In this document: piece after piece, positions 47,936-62,327 of the stretch
How the letters are laid out: the number at the start of each line of letters is the position of its first letter
Numbering within the stretch: the stretch's first letter is position 1
DNA from: Zootoca vivipara
Lineage: Eukaryota
Assembly: GCF_963506605.1 (NCBI RefSeq)
Contig: NC_083279.1
Location: 35,278,001 to 35,342,000 of the forward strand
Reading direction: 5' to 3'
DNA length: 64,000 bases
The notes under the pieces: generated by a model
What the model was told of the DNA's origin: nothing
Databases searched by the model: none
Seen by the model: only the letters and a program-made list of their open reading frames with translations
Translations under genes and position numbers: made by a program

Positions 47936-49588
47936 TCTGCTTTTCTCTGTTTTGAGTCTGCCTCCCGGTAGCACGGGGTAGTTGCGTTCTTGATTCATGC
48001 AAAGATGCAACAGGCAGCCTTCTCTTATGGTTTGACGCTTTGGTCTCTCAGAACCCAATTAATTATTTAACTTTAATTTTATTTCTCATTACACATAGTG
48101 TGGGAATACAGAACCGAAGGATTAATATTTGATCATAGCTTGATAATGTAGTGAAAGCATTCTGTCTTCCTGGGTAAGCCTAGATTACAGAGGCAACAGG
48201 TTTTATCTACCTTTAAAACCTTGCCTTGAATTATTCACACTGTTCACTCTTTGTTAGAGGTGTTCCTGTAACAAATCTTACAGGCGGGCTGCTCCAAGTG
48301 ATCCTAAGCAGATTATGTAAAAAAAATTAAAAATTTTTTTAAAAGATTATTCTTGAAGGACCTCCCCCCAGTTTTATCTACTGCTGCATTTATTTCTTTT
48401 AAAAACTTGTCTGCTTTTCATCCAAAGAAGGCTGCTCCTGGCAAAGCAGCAAAAATAAAAATAGATGCAGTTGTGTCTATCAGATGTGAAAAAAGGTAGT
48501 GATTTCATGGCAATTATACTTTCCAAGTGTTATAGATGCAGCAGTATGCACTATTTGTGGTGGCTTGATGGGGCAGGGGGGATGAAGTAGGAAGTAGGAA
48601 CATAGCTCTCCCAAACAGTGTCTAATAAGATAATAGCGTTTAAATCCCGTTAAAAACTGGTCAGGGAATCATTGCAAAATATTAGTACCTCTCTAATCCT
48701 TTCAAGTGTAATGATATACTTCCTTCCTTGCCTAATGTACAAAATACTGATCCACTGCCATCTCCTATTCACTGCAATGCAAGAGGCCACCATTCTTTGT
48801 CTCACTCTTTTTTAACTTGAATTTTTGTAAACTGCTATGAAATCATTTGAGAAAAACTCATCATATAAAGGTTCCAAGTAAATACATGAAGTTTGTCAGT
48901 AGTGGTTCCATATATCATGGCCCCGGACTACGATCCCTCTTGCCCTTTGACGGAAAGCCCTGACTACTCCTAGGATGAAGAAGGTGGCATTCCTGAATCC
49001 CCATCTTAAGGCAGACAGAAAAATGATTGCCCCACTGAAGATTTTCATATAGGAGCCCAAGGCCTCCATCCCCTTCTTGTAAGGAAATAACTCTGCCCTC
49101 AACTGAATACTCTTTAAATCCTTTCCAGAACCACCTGCAGCCCAGGAGGACCCTCCAGCATCACACCACATGCAAGGGCTGCAGAAGGCCTCCTATCCCT
49201 GCAGAAATTACCACAGACCACATGAGCCAGACTCTACACACACACATCTCCACCTTCAGAGTTTAACACCATTAGTTTACTCCAGACAAATGCTGGAGGA
49301 AACTAATTTTCCTGCTTTCAGTGAGTTTGGCCCAGTCTTGAATGCACCCCACATGACCTGTCATTGGTTCTGAACATTTGCTGCCTCACCTGCACGTTGT
49401 CACACCTGGCCAAAGCACTCCTGCTGGCTTCAGCTGGGAAGGAAGAGAACGTAAACTTTTGCAATGTTTTTGCTCCATGCTTCCTAAACTTAAGTGACCC
49501 TTGACCATGCTTATGTGGCAATCTTCCATCTTTTTTCTTCAGATCTACTTAGGTCCGGCTTCAATGAATAAGTGAGTGCTTCCAGATT

Positions 49589-49655
<67 letters not shown>

Positions 49656-52600
49656 CATATTCCCTCTTACTTCTTTTATTCTCTTTGAATGTTTCAGTAC
49701 TTCCTATACCACACAGAGCAAGCCTCCAGAGTTTTCGTCTCAGAAATTTCATGACAAACATGAAATGTCAATGACTTGTCCTTGAGCGAGTCCTTGCCAA
49801 ATTCACTCATCCGTAGTAAATCAGAAGTGTTTGGTTCATTGATTCTTTGGCGGTCACCATTCAAAATGGGATATTTGTTATCCCTACTCTTTTCATTCCC
49901 CCCCAAAAAAGTTATACCATACTAATTTCAATAGAACTTAGTTTGAAGAAAGTGAATCAAGGACTTTTGGTACCAACATCTTTTACATTTCTTTTTTTTT
50001 TCATTTGTCACATCTTCCCTCAAGATGGTGCTTTAAATGTGAGGAAATCACATTTTCTAAGTACTCACAAAATATTATTTGGACCCATTTCAGTCTGGCT
50101 TTTGATTCTATTTCAGTACTGAGAGAGCTCTGGTTAGTGACCTATCTTGAGAGAGGAACAGGAGGCATGTGACGACCCTGTTGATCTCAGTCTTTCAGAG
50201 GCTTTGGTACCATCAGCCATGGTAACCACCTGGAGCAGGTTGAGAGTTGCAGACACCATGATGTGGTGTTTTCAGTCAAACCTGCAGGGCTATTAGTAGA
50301 CAGCAGCATTGGGGGACTCCTCCCTGGTCCCATGAGAGTTGTGCTGTGGATCTATGCAGATTTTATTCTGTGAGCTTAGCATTTATATGAAGCTGTTGTG
50401 AGCAGTCATCGGGATTTTGTGCCACCACCATGGAGATGACATTCATCTATACCAGCCTGGAGGTGGTAATGGGGTGGGTCGAGGGATAGTAAAATGATGC
50501 TGAATCACAACTAGACAGAGACAGAATCACTCCCCCCCCTTGAAAGACCGGGGGCGGTACTTTGTCTCTTGAGCCCTTGGTGGTGTCAGTTGCAAGGGGT
50601 TCCTATTTCCAGGCTGTAGCTGATTGAGAGCGACAGCTGTTCCTGTACTGAGATAGCCTTGCCATTGTACTACATCCTCTAGCAAACTTCACACCTGGAT
50701 TAGTTCTGGTTACAGGTAGGTAGCCGTGTTTTGGCCTACAACTCCCATGATCCCTAGCTAACAGGACCAGTGGACGGGGAAGATGGGAATTGTAGTCCAA
50801 AACATCTGGAGGGCCGAAGTTTGGGGGTGCCTGCTGTAGACCATTTTGTACCATTAAGCTGGCATTAATTTATCCTCCTTAACAGATGGTCACTGTTGAT
50901 ATTTTTCAAAGAGTTGTATTCCGCTTGTCCTAATGCGTCTCAGTAAATCCATGACTGAGCAGGCATGTAACCCTGGGCCCTTCCACACCTAAGAGCAACT
51001 TTTTTGTCCCCAGGACTTCTGTTGCCTTTTATCAAACAAAAGAATCTGCTGGGAAGAAACAATAATATATGAACTTCCATTTTGTTCGGCTGCTCTGTGT
51101 GTGGTCCACACAGAAGTACTGAGAAAGCATAATTAGCCTGCATATTGGCACTGCTGATCTTGAAATTTAACCCTGTTGTACTTTCAACTGAGCACTGAGG
51201 ACAACCTATTAAAAGTTAATATTTAGTTCTAATGCAGTTTCTTTCAGAACAAAGATTTGAGGGGGGGGGCTGTAGCATTATAGAAAGTTGCTGATTAAAT
51301 TTTACTTTAAAGGTTTACTGTTGTATAGATTTTCTTCTTCAGTAGGGATAGACATATGTGTGGAATTTAAAGCCAAAAAAGGGACATTGATAGTTATGTG
51401 TGTTGACTGCTTTCTTCCTCCAACATCCTTCCTGAACAGTTCAGTTTGGGACATGATAATTCAACACAGGATGTTGTTGGGAAGGCTTTGGGCAGCAATC
51501 CTATGGAGATATACAGAAGGCATTGCATATGCTTAGCTTGTAGAAGACTACAGGAAATAGGTTGACAATTTTTGGTGGAGGAAAAAAAACACACATTTCT
51601 TAACCTTTCTATTGTGGACAGGATGATTTATTTATTTATTTTATTTAAATACTGAATGGTTTAAACATTAGCTAGCCAAGCTCAGTTACTAGAGCATGAA
51701 ACTCTTGATGTGGAGGTCATGGGTTCAAATGAAATGTTCCCTCATTGCAGGGGGTTTGACTAAATGACCCTCATGGCCCCTTCCAACTCCACACAAGTCA
51801 AAACAATTATGTAAGGGAGGTGAAAATTCTGAATGTACAGCTAAATCAAAGGAGCAGGAACTGATTTCTGTATGATAGGCTTTTGTCTGACAGAAATGTC
51901 ATTACAAAGCTTCACGTTTTCAAGCAAACCTGCTGAAACTCCACGTTCTGTTGTAAATCAAAATGGGCTCCAGTTCTTTCTTTCTTGTTTTCCCTCTTTG
52001 CCATCACGTGTTCTCTCTGTGTGTATTTGGTAAATATGAAGAAATAGAAAAATATTTTCCCTTTCCTGACACATTTATATCCCCCCCCCCGCAGTTGTGC
52101 AATAGTTTTCATGAAGGTGTTTGGCAACAGAAAAATCTTCTCTTTCCTTTTGGGCAAAGTGTACATTATAAACAGTAATCTGATATGGCAAAGGATATTC
52201 ATGCCTGGAGTAGAAAATAATCAGAAGCAATAGAAAAATGTAATGAGTTAAAACAGGGCAAGAAATAGTAGGTAATGGGTGAATATGTCCATTGCATTCC
52301 TCCTTTGCAATGAAGATTCCCTCAGAGATTTGATAACTTAAATGATTTCATTGTTAATTCAAGGAGACTGCATTTCCTCCCACAAAGTATGCTTGCATTT
52401 GGACTTTCCAACACCCAGCCTAATCTTTTGTAAATCTTTTAAAATCAACATTTCTTTAAAAGCCACCAGCCTATTTTTATTTAAAATTCATTTTAGCCCT
52501 TAAAAAATTGTTGCACCACTTCTCTTTATTTGGTAGCAGAGGGAGGGAATGCTTTTGAGCCCAGGGAATGCTTATTTGTACCCTTGTGTTGTGCTTTGTA

Positions 52601-53683
52601 CTTGAGCAGATGCCTGTAGGGTATGTGATATGTGGAATGTGTTGTGTCCCCACCCCCTGCTGAAAGAAAAATGCTTGGAGGGGGGTAACTGAACCCTCTG
52701 CAATCAGTGTGCTGCCAACCTTAAAGGAAAAAAAACAAAACAAATAGCCTCTCCTGGGAAAACAATGGAGATTCTTTGCAGGCCTGATTCTTGTTAGAGA
52801 AACTCTTGTCTTAAAGACTGGGAGGTTTGATTCTTGACATAGAGAAATCCTGTCTCTGCTGGTTAATTGTTTTGCCCTCCCAGCTGCGTTTGCGCTTTGC
52901 CATGGGGTTTAGGCGAACAACTGATTTGTGTGTTATTTTGTGCGTGTTATGTTTGTGGGTTGAATGCCGAGCTTCTGATCCTCTTTAAGGCTTTGGAAGG
53001 ACAAAACAATATGAAACTTCTGCTTCTCATTTCCCCCCCCCCCTTTCCACCTCTGGAGGACGTTTGCAGTTCCCATTTCCTCCAGCATTTTTCAGATGTG
53101 TTTTTCATTATTTGCATAGTACACCTGGTCACACCCTTGTACTTAAGGAATTCATTATAAAGAAGTAATATAGAACAGAAAATTTCAGTTTTGCAGTTTT
53201 GCACAAATTTCATTTGTTCCAAGTGGACTGAATTCCAAGTTCTCCTTTGGCCTTTAAAACCTGAAAAGTTTGTAAGCGAGTTACCTTGAGGACTCCCTTT
53301 CTCCCATAAGAGCCTGCCTTGTTGCTGTCCAAGAAGCAGTGCCTGCATGAGAAGAGGGTCTTCACAGTGGTGGCAGTGGAACTGCAAGTCCCTTCCAAAA
53401 GAGGCTCGTTTGATTTCCTCATTATTAGAAGTTAGGCAGAAATTCAAAAAGTTGCTGCTTTGAGGTCAAATTGAATTTGTTGTTTCGTTCAATGCTTTGG
53501 CTGCCCCTTGTCACTCCTTTGCTTCTATATACAAGTTTTACTGTTTTATTCTGCTTTTAATTTCTTGGTTTGTAATGCTGTTAGCCCTGTTATCAGTCCC
53601 TATGTGGTAGAGAGGTGAAATACAAACAATTTTAGAGTAAGCAACTTCTCTCTTTTAACTTCAAACTTATTTTTATTTTTCAG

Positions 53684-53835
53684 ATTGAAGAGGGCAGCAA
53701 AGCGGCAGCTGCCGACAAGCTGCTGGCTGGGGATGAAATTGTCAGCATCAATGATGTGGACCTCTCTGGGTTCAGGCAAGAAGCCATCTGCCTGGTGAAA
53801 GGTTCGCACAAGTCGCTAAAGCTTGTAGTGAAAAG
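53684..53835 (+). CDS. SHROOM2: SHROOM2 coding exon 2 (rest of PDZ domain)
   Basis: 152 nt between TTTTTCAG| and |GTAAGG. Encodes [50 protein letters not shown](R), characteristic of SHROOM2. Absent from the ORF track because it has no start codon. Confidence 0.95.
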
Positions 53836-56800
53836 GTAAGGTTTGTGATTCACAAAGACAGAGACTAAAGTTCGTTCTTGGTAGAGTCAACTTGCTGGCC
53901 GAGAACTAGACAAAAGTCTTTCCTTTTCACTTTTCAGAATCTCATCTGAGTTAATTGGGTTTGGTTTTTTTTCAAAAAATAACTTCACATGGTATATTAT
54001 TGTGTGTTGTTGAATGGTTAATTCCCATTCAGTTTTAACTAGGACCAATGGTCTGGACTGGAGAAACCAAATGTTTTTCAGGTTTCTGTTCGCACTTCTT
54101 AGCCCAAGTAATCCCACAATGCATAGGATTCAGATTTGGGCATACCTCTGCAAACATCCTCCAGTTTAAAAGAAGTGATGTACAAGTAACCAAGCTTCAC
54201 AAATCCTTTTCAGGATTCTCAGAACTGGCTTGTTGTAGGGTGACATGGCAAGCCGTCAGCAAAGGCTAGCTTATTCTCAGTGTTCCCACAGGCTCACATA
54301 GTCCCATGAAGAGATTCTGAGTAGCATGGAAAAAGAACATGCCAATTACTAAAGAAGGCTGTGGAGTCTTCAGAGCCCATCTCAGCAACAAACCTCAACC
54401 TTACAGCCTCTGGCTCATGTTCTGTATTAGGTCCTATTTCACCATGTGCCTGCTCTTAAGCCTTCAGTCGATCCTTACCTTTGTCACACCAGGCTTCACA
54501 CTTTGTTCACTGCTGGTCATGCTGACTGGGGCTGATAAAATTCAACAACATCTTGAGCACACTGTGTAAGCTGCCTCTGCTTAAGATACAATCTATGGGG
54601 CTAAATTAAGAGGCTATTGAATAATTGCAAGGTGCTCTCCACTAGTGGTGCTGGATCTCAGTGAAAATACAGTAGAGTTGTACCTTGGATCCCGAATGCC
54701 TTGTGAGTCTAATGTTTTGGAGTTAGAAGTGAAATAGAAAATGGGAGAAAACACTTTTAAAACCATGAAGAATAAGGAGGAAATGAAGGGGAAGAACTCT
54801 GGTGGGGTGGGGAAATGGAGAATCCTCATGAAGTTGCCCACCTATGCACTAAAATATAATTTAGCATTATATGGATGAGCATCCACAAGCTTGATGCAAA
54901 GCACTGGCCTTGTTCACATCCCTTTCCTTCTCCAAGACTTCTGCCAAGTTTAATTTTGCTTTCAAATAATCTTAGTGTTAAGATCATGATTGAATACAAA
55001 CAATGATGCTGAACAAGCCAACTTCAAACCATGAGCTATGAAATTGGCTTGTTTTAACTGTGCGTGCGCAGATGCCATTTTCAGCACCACTCGGCAAGTC
55101 CCCATGCCACACACTGCTGGTTTGGCGCGGCGCGGGGACTTGCCGACCGGCAGCTCGGTGACCGGGCAGCTTGTGGGCCGGATAAACAATGCCTGTTTCT
55201 GGATGTATATAAGTAATGCTTCATTGATGTACTATGCTTATTTATCCTCAGTCACTTATCTGTAACAAAAAATAAGGGCAGAAATGAAAGTGATCACTGA
55301 GATTCCTAGAGACAACGACCTGCTTATTTCTCATGTTTGCTCTGGGATAAAATATTACAACAGTCTTTAAAAATGCTTTAAAAATAGTTTTGGTGTGGAT
55401 TAGCGCACAAAATAAAGAAAGCAGATGGCGCTATAACCCAGATAATATGAATAGTTTCAGGGAGTTCTACCAAAAGTTATATTGCCCAGGAACCAATAAA
55501 TTATATCAAAACCCCATCTGGAATATATTATAATTCATATCTACTTGATCTTACATTGGCTTCTACTTTGGGCAGGGAGGAAAGAACATTTAATACACAA
55601 TCTATGTTCTAAGCAATGGAGCGATCTTCATGATCTGTTTATTTGGAGCCCTTGACATTTTCAGACATTCCACAACATAACTCATTGCTTAGCAAGCTAT
55701 CAGCTTTAAGGTAGCTTCCCTTTAGGAGACATTTCTCTCCTTTAGATATGCAGATGTTCATAACTTACAAAAGTTAGTCATGTTTGGATATTTTACTTAC
55801 ATCTGCTTCTAGGCACTGGGTTAATGCTTCTTGCTGGCAAAATATTCTAGGCCTATTCTCCATTTACTGTGGCAGTGAAGATGTCAAAATCCATGTGGGG
55901 AATATTAGAAAAGGGTTTAAAATAAAACTACCAGTATAATAATGTAGAATACTCTTGTGCTCAGGTCCTGCTTGTGTGTTTCCCACAGGCATCTGATTGG
56001 CCTTTGGCCTGATCCTGCAGGCTCTTCTTCTGTATGTATGAACCATGATAGTTCAAACACATAATCTCTTGCTGCTGCTATCATGGACATGTGTGAACAC
56101 ATTCTTACTGATGTACATCACAAGGGATGTTTAGGCATAGTGAAGTGATAACAGTTCCCATACTCCTCGGTCTAAAATCTTTGCAGCCTAAATGTACTTT
56201 TCTCTGCTCAGTTTGTTGTTGAAACAACAATTGTTAGTCACATGCAGTATACAGTATAATAATTTATCACTAAGGTCACAGTGTTCTATCTCTGTCCAGC
56301 TGTACCTCACTGAAAATGGTCTGCCCCATTAACTTGTGATGGAATGCTAGTCTTTTCCTAGTATTTTGCTGTTCTTTGACCATGTCTCCGGGTGTCAAGC
56401 CACAGCTGGATGCTTTCTACCCCTTTGCAACACTCTCCATTTAGTTAACCGTCGTCCACAACTTGCAGTAACCCGAGAAATTAACTCGAACCTTCTGGAA
56501 AAGGAGTTAGAATTCAGTTTGTAAGGAGTTACACATGTGTTTGGCGACTTGCAAGAGCCGAAGCAGCTTTTTGTTTGTTAAATGAAAGTTTTGTTTATCA
56601 TATTCTCCCTCTGTCCATTTCTCCTCCCTTCTCCCTGTTCTTTTCTACTCTTTCTGTCAATAGCCTGGTTCACACTTCATAAGCCATAGTCTGAAACAAA
56701 CCTATGCTGTAGTGTAAACAAGCTGTGTGCTATTGCATGTTGCTCAAATCATGCCTCTCCCACTCCATCCTTTCCTAAGCTGGAAAGGAAGAAACCCTGG

Positions 56801-59800
56801 AACCAGCATTTGTGGTTTGTTGCTCTCCTAACAAACTGACATGCTCCTTCTTCATGATAAGCCATTTCAGACTGTGGCTTACTGTGACCTGTGAACAGGA
56901 CAAACATGTAGACAATTAAGAATCAGGTTTAAAAAAAATAACACCCAAGCAGAAAAAGCACTTGAGGAACTGCATTTTTCAATTCTTCCCCTTATGAAAA
57001 AATACTTGTGGGCAAAGCTAGACTAAAGTTCCCGGTGCCTTGATTTCTGGTTTTCCCTGTCTCTGTCGCTGGGCCATTGACTCATACGCTCTCTTACCTA
57101 CATTTGGAAGATGAGGAAGGGTGCGGAAGGGATTGCACCATAGGTTGTTAAAATAAATAAATAAATAAATGAGTGTTGTCTGTAAAGCACTATTTCAGCA
57201 AACCCCGTTCAGAATTTCCTTCCTTCCTGTTAAGTATTTTTTTCAGGGATAAGCATCTTGCTTCTGCACTGGTCATCAAATAGTATTTTCGTCACTTTCC
57301 TTTGAATCAAGCTCAGCAAAGCTTATTTGGGGAGATGCTAGAACTCTCCTGTGTTGATTTTATTTCTAGAATGGATGTGCTTCCTTCTATGATGGGGAAA
57401 GGCATACGGAGAAACAAGTAGATGGCTCTGCTGTGCTAGTGCTCTTAACAAAGAAACTTTTTAGAAGGAAAAACTACTCCTGTTCTTTTGTTAACCAAAG
57501 AAAGCTTGCCATCAAAGCCTAAAACCCTACGTACTATTAAAAATACCAAAGAATTATACTACCTTATATTTAGCTGTTTAGACCCATTGAAGCATGAATT
57601 CGGTGTTGTGCATGCCACCTGTGGCAATTCAGTTATTTGGTCATGATGGCATCTGAGGGATCTGCAGTCGTAGATCATGCGCTCTCACTTCCAGTCCTAG
57701 ATGTGAGGTCATCTCCTCGCCATCAACCATGGTTTGTGCCAGTAGAAATGTAGCACTGCACCATGGTTAAAGCAAACTATGGAAATCCACGGTCATGCGA
57801 CGTGCTCTCAGTTCCCTTAACCATGGTTAAGATGTCAGAAACGTTCAGGGGCAGGCATAAATCCCATTCTGAATTGAGGGGTAGAAAGATTTTCACAGGC
57901 CAAATAAGTCTGAAGGGTGCAACACATTCCTTAAATATTTGGGCCACTTTCCCCCCTTCATGGTGCTGGTTCTGGCTTTGTGAACACCCAGTATAAGGAC
58001 AAGTCACCCACGTATGCTGAGGATTACAGGTGGGCAGAGTGCTGTTGCAACCATGGTTCTGCCATGGTTGGCCAAAGTGAGAGTGAGATGCTAGATGGAC
58101 CTTGAAGAAGAAAGGGAAGCAAAACCAGCTACGGTATCCCAAGCGCCATCTACTGGCACAATTTCCCCCAGACATACAAAGCTTTGGCTGGACTTAGAAC
58201 CCGCGGAGGTAATTAAAGAAAAAAACCCAGCACACATTAAATCATATTATGTAGCTTAAAGTATGGAGTTAGTATGCTTTTTATCCAACAGAATAAATTG
58301 ACCAGGATTATTTAAAATAAATAAATAATGCATGACACCACAAATAGAAAGATGGGAGAAAAATTAAAAAGGAACTTCAAAGTTGAAACTCTATCCTCAC
58401 TTAATTTGTAAGCCCCATTGAATTCAGTGGGGCATACCTTTAAGTCAGCATGTAGGGGATTGCAATGTAAGGTTCATAACAAGTAAAGTGCATAACAAAT
58501 TTTAATAATGCCAGAATCCACAGTTGGGCAATGCCTTTATTAGGACCAAGCGGAATGTTACAAGATATTGGGAAGCTTTTGAATTCTTCAAAACTCAGTA
58601 TCAGGAAAGATGTTAAACTAAGGAAGGTTGCCACTATTTTTGTGACATTTCGGTTGGTACTAATGAAACTGCTGCCCAATGTGGACACCAGGCGAAAATG
58701 TTTCTCTTCAACCAGGTGTTTGGCTGATTAACATATGATGGCCTTTAAAATGTGGGGAGAGGAGGGTTATTAGTTTGTTTGCTTTTGTTTCTGCTTTGTT
58801 ATGTATTTCGTGCTTTCATTTTATATTTTTTTATGTTGTGAACTGCCCTGTGATCTTCAGATGAAGGACAATATACAAATTAATAATAATAAATAAATTT
58901 AATATTTTTTTATTTATACCCCGGGCTTTCCTGGTTCAGAAACCCAGGCTCAGGACGGCTAACAACAAATTTAAAATACTTAATTGTAATACAACATAAA
59001 AGCAGCATAAAATACAGTATAAAACAAACAAATTAAATAAAATTAAACAAACAAACAAATTAAGCCATAATCTGGTTTAACATGTTGCGTTAAATGGGTT
59101 TATCTGTTACAGGCGTTAATGCTAGTGAATGCATTGCAATTTGTGGTAATTAGTTGCATTGATGAGTTCACCTTGGTTGGGTAGCAACATTATAGGAAAT
59201 CTTTTCCTGTGTTCTACCATATTGCTGATAACTATTGTGGTGCTTTGTTGTGTGTGAACTGCTTAATATGTATTTGTTCTGAATCTCTAGTGTTGCAAGT
59301 CATTGAAATACGTGCACACAGGCATTCACAGAGTGGGATCTCTGATGTCTAGAACACAAGGTCTCCTGTTTGCAGGCTGCAATTCCCAGATGTTGTGTTC
59401 TTTAAAGCCTATTGATGTGTTTTCATTTAGGCACTTTGGGGAGACATGCTGACTTTGAGTTAAACATGATTCCATGATTCTACGTGCCTACGTGTTTTAA
59501 ATGAAAGTGTCATGTGGTGCTGAACTTCCTTTCTCTTTTTCATTTGGATGCTAATGGAATGGTAGTACATTTGGAAAAAAAATACAAACACAAATAGTGT
59601 AAACAGTGGAGGCCAGTGCTTCATTTATTGGTTGGGCCCATCTGTGTATTTGAATAATACATGGGAGACAACAGTATTGATTTCTGCTTTTATGTTCGCT
59701 GGAACCATGCATGTTAATTTGATGTCTTGATAAAATTGTAGGAAATACTGTTAATCTAAAAAGCATGGAAGCCTTGTCTTTTCTTTCGGAGACTTTCAGC

Positions 59801-60713
59801 TTACTTGGAGTGTGTACACTGTACTCTATGTTTTGTGCTTGTTGTAGTAGTAAAAGAAGATCAAAGATAAGCCAGCATCGTCTGGGTAATTGTAAACTGC
59901 ATTAATCAACCAAGTGGCTAATTTGATGCGTATGTTTGGGTGGGGATCCTCATTCAGTGCTGGTTAAATTACATGAATGGCCTTCAGAGTCGTTGCAGCT
60001 CTGAGCTATTGTTTCTGTAGGTCACACTATTTTGTATTGCACAGAAATGCATATCAGTTCTTTTATGTTACAGTACTTAAATTCACCAGATTCAACTCTC
60101 TTGTAAAGCCCTAATACTTGCACTTGCCACTGTTCAGTGATACACATTTACAAATAACTGTTTTGGTACAACATTGTGGCCATTTCAGGGATTGATACTT
60201 ATAGTATATAGAAATGCTTACTGTCAAAAAAAAAAACCAAGATTGCTGTTATGTTTTTATCTTCAGTAATCTGGAAAGTAAATAGTAAATTTTTGCTAAT
60301 GTTAGCAAAAGAGGTTTGGGCAGTTTAAAAGATAGCAATTATCATTTACAGACCCTCCAAGTGTCCCTAATTTCCAGTCTCACATTTGAAGATGTCCCGG
60401 TTTCTGATTTCATCCCGGAATGCCCCGCTTTGCCATAGGACATCCCTATTTTCATTGGAGAAATGTTGGAGGCTATGGAGTTACGTTTGTTAAAAATAGT
60501 ACTAACTTCACTACAAGCTTCACAACCATAAGTAAAACTATTACTAATTTCATTGTCTGGTAAGCAACTTGTTTAAATTTTATTGTGAAAGTTTGCTTCT
60601 TCAGTGTTCATGATAAGGGACTGCAGATGCAGTGAAACCGAGACATGCAGAAGGCTTACAACCTTAAATGATAGAATTATCGCCTGTCAAATTATGCAAG
60701 ACACCATACACTA

Positions 60714-60957
60714 CAGTGGTACCTCTACTTACGAATTTAATGCGTTCCGAACGCACATTTGTAAGTCGAAAAAAATTGTAAGTTGAATCCCATAGGAATG
60801 CATTGGGAGAAAAAAATTCGTAAGTCGAAGCGACCCTATCTAAAAATTTGTAAGTAGAAAAAATCCTATCTAAACCGCATCCAAGATGGCGGACGGAGCT
60901 CCATTCGGAAGTAGAAACATTCGTAAGTAGAGTTATTCATAAGTAGAGGTACCACTG
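60714..60957. mobile_element. Tc1/mariner(pogo)-type MITE
   Basis: TIR CAGTGGTACCTCTACTTA / TAAGTAGAGGTACCACTG; TA TSD. Confidence 0.88.
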
Positions 60958-61044
60958 TACATTGAAAAGCTTTTAAAAAGGAAGTGGGTATGGGTCCCCC
61001 AATGTGGATGAGGACCATGGCAGAGGGCTTTTAAAACTTTAACC

Positions 61045-61180
61045 CAGGCACCCCCAAACTGCGGCCCTCCAGATGTTTTGGCCTACAACTCCCATGATCC
61101 CTAGCTAACAGGACCAGTGGTCACGGATGATAGGAATTGTAGTCCAAAACATCTGGAGGGCCGAAGTTTGGGGATGCCTG
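61045..61180. mobile_element. ~135-bp hAT MITE
   Basis: CAGGCACCCCCAAACT / AGTTTGGGGATGCCTG; TSD CTTTAACC. A partial copy lies at 50727-50833. Confidence 0.9.
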
Positions 61181-62213
61181 CTTTAACCCCTCTGCAGCCT
61201 ATATTAAAGCCCCTGCAACTGCTATTTGCATTGGGAGAAAAGTTCTCATTTTAGACCAGTGTAGTTATTTCACCTATACTATTTGTACGGTGCAAGAAAT
61301 AGTGGTAAGAAGCGGTGATGGCAAACACGCACACATGAATTGAAAGCCCAAGTGACACGTGATTTGAGCTGCTCATTTTATTATAACTAGGAAGTGCATC
61401 ATAGTGGAAAGCACATTTCTTTGATTACCCATATAATTAACTGTGGCTTAGTCATGTTTGTTAAGAGGAAGTTAGTGGGAAGGTCAAGGTTAGCAAATGT
61501 GAGATCATACTAATTCCAGCCTTTCCATGATTGTTTTTATTTTATACAGGTTTTCAGGGTGTGCAGAAGTACCAGATATATGCTAAGTCAGAAGAATGTA
61601 GCTGAACTGGCCCAGGGCTGATGCTCTGCAGCCTCTTTGTTACGGGAGATGGTGCCTCGTGGGAGGGGAAACCCTGATAGGCAGCCTACAAATACAGATA
61701 AATAATAAATCTTCTCTGGCAGCCCCTTGCTTCTTGTGTAAGGAGCATGTCATAACTGCGGTCAGGGTGACACAGGATTTCAGGAGCTATAAGAAAGGGC
61801 ATGGTTGTTGTATTTTCCTCCTCCTACACACAATATTCAAATAGAACACAGTGTGTAATTTATATAATAATTCATTGGTTATTTTCTTTAGGAATTGTAC
61901 ACTTTGGAGGATCATTGTCAAGACATCTCGAGTATATTCAGCTCATATGTTGCCAGCATACAAGTCAAGCTCACCGTGTTTATAGAGGTCTTTAAGGAAA
62001 GGGATGGGAAGACAGTGGGCCTGATATTTTGGTGAAAGTTCCTGCCTAGAAATTGAAAGTGCTCTCTGCTGTTTTCTGTCGATTTCAGGTTGTTGGTGAC
62101 ATGGTTATAGGATTTGGTGACAGCCAGTGTGTTGCAGTGTCTAGACTCGCATCAAGGTCAAGATCTCGCTTAGCCATGAAGCCCACTGGTTGATTTTGGA
62201 CCTCAGTCTAACC

Positions 62214-62327
62214 CAGAAAGCTGTCTGTGGACAAATACCGGCTCCCTCGGCCTGAAAGCAAAATGAGGGCCACACCCCATAGTCACCTTTGGCTGGATTT
62301 AACCGTCCAGGGGTCCTTTACCTTTAT
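62214..62327 (+). mobile_element. Sauria SINE 3' fragment
   Basis: AAGCTGTCTGTGGACAAA...GGCTCCCTCGGCC...GGGGTCCTTTACCTTTA. Confidence 0.7.

Larger units (their letters stand above)
485..53683 (+). other. SHROOM2: SHROOM2 intron 1 (~53 kb, GT-AG)
   Basis: GT at 485; polypyrimidine tract plus CAG at 53681-53683; phase 0 joins ITK to IEEGSK. Confidence 0.88.

Noticed and set aside
55091-55146. 13-bp GC-rich hairpin as a possible miRNA precursor
   Set aside because: Short stem with no other support; more likely a transposon remnant.
57720-58075. Cluster of AACCATGGTT palindromes
   Set aside because: Similar motifs recur at ~44275 and ~42890-43120, consistent with old palindromic MITE debris; no definable ends.
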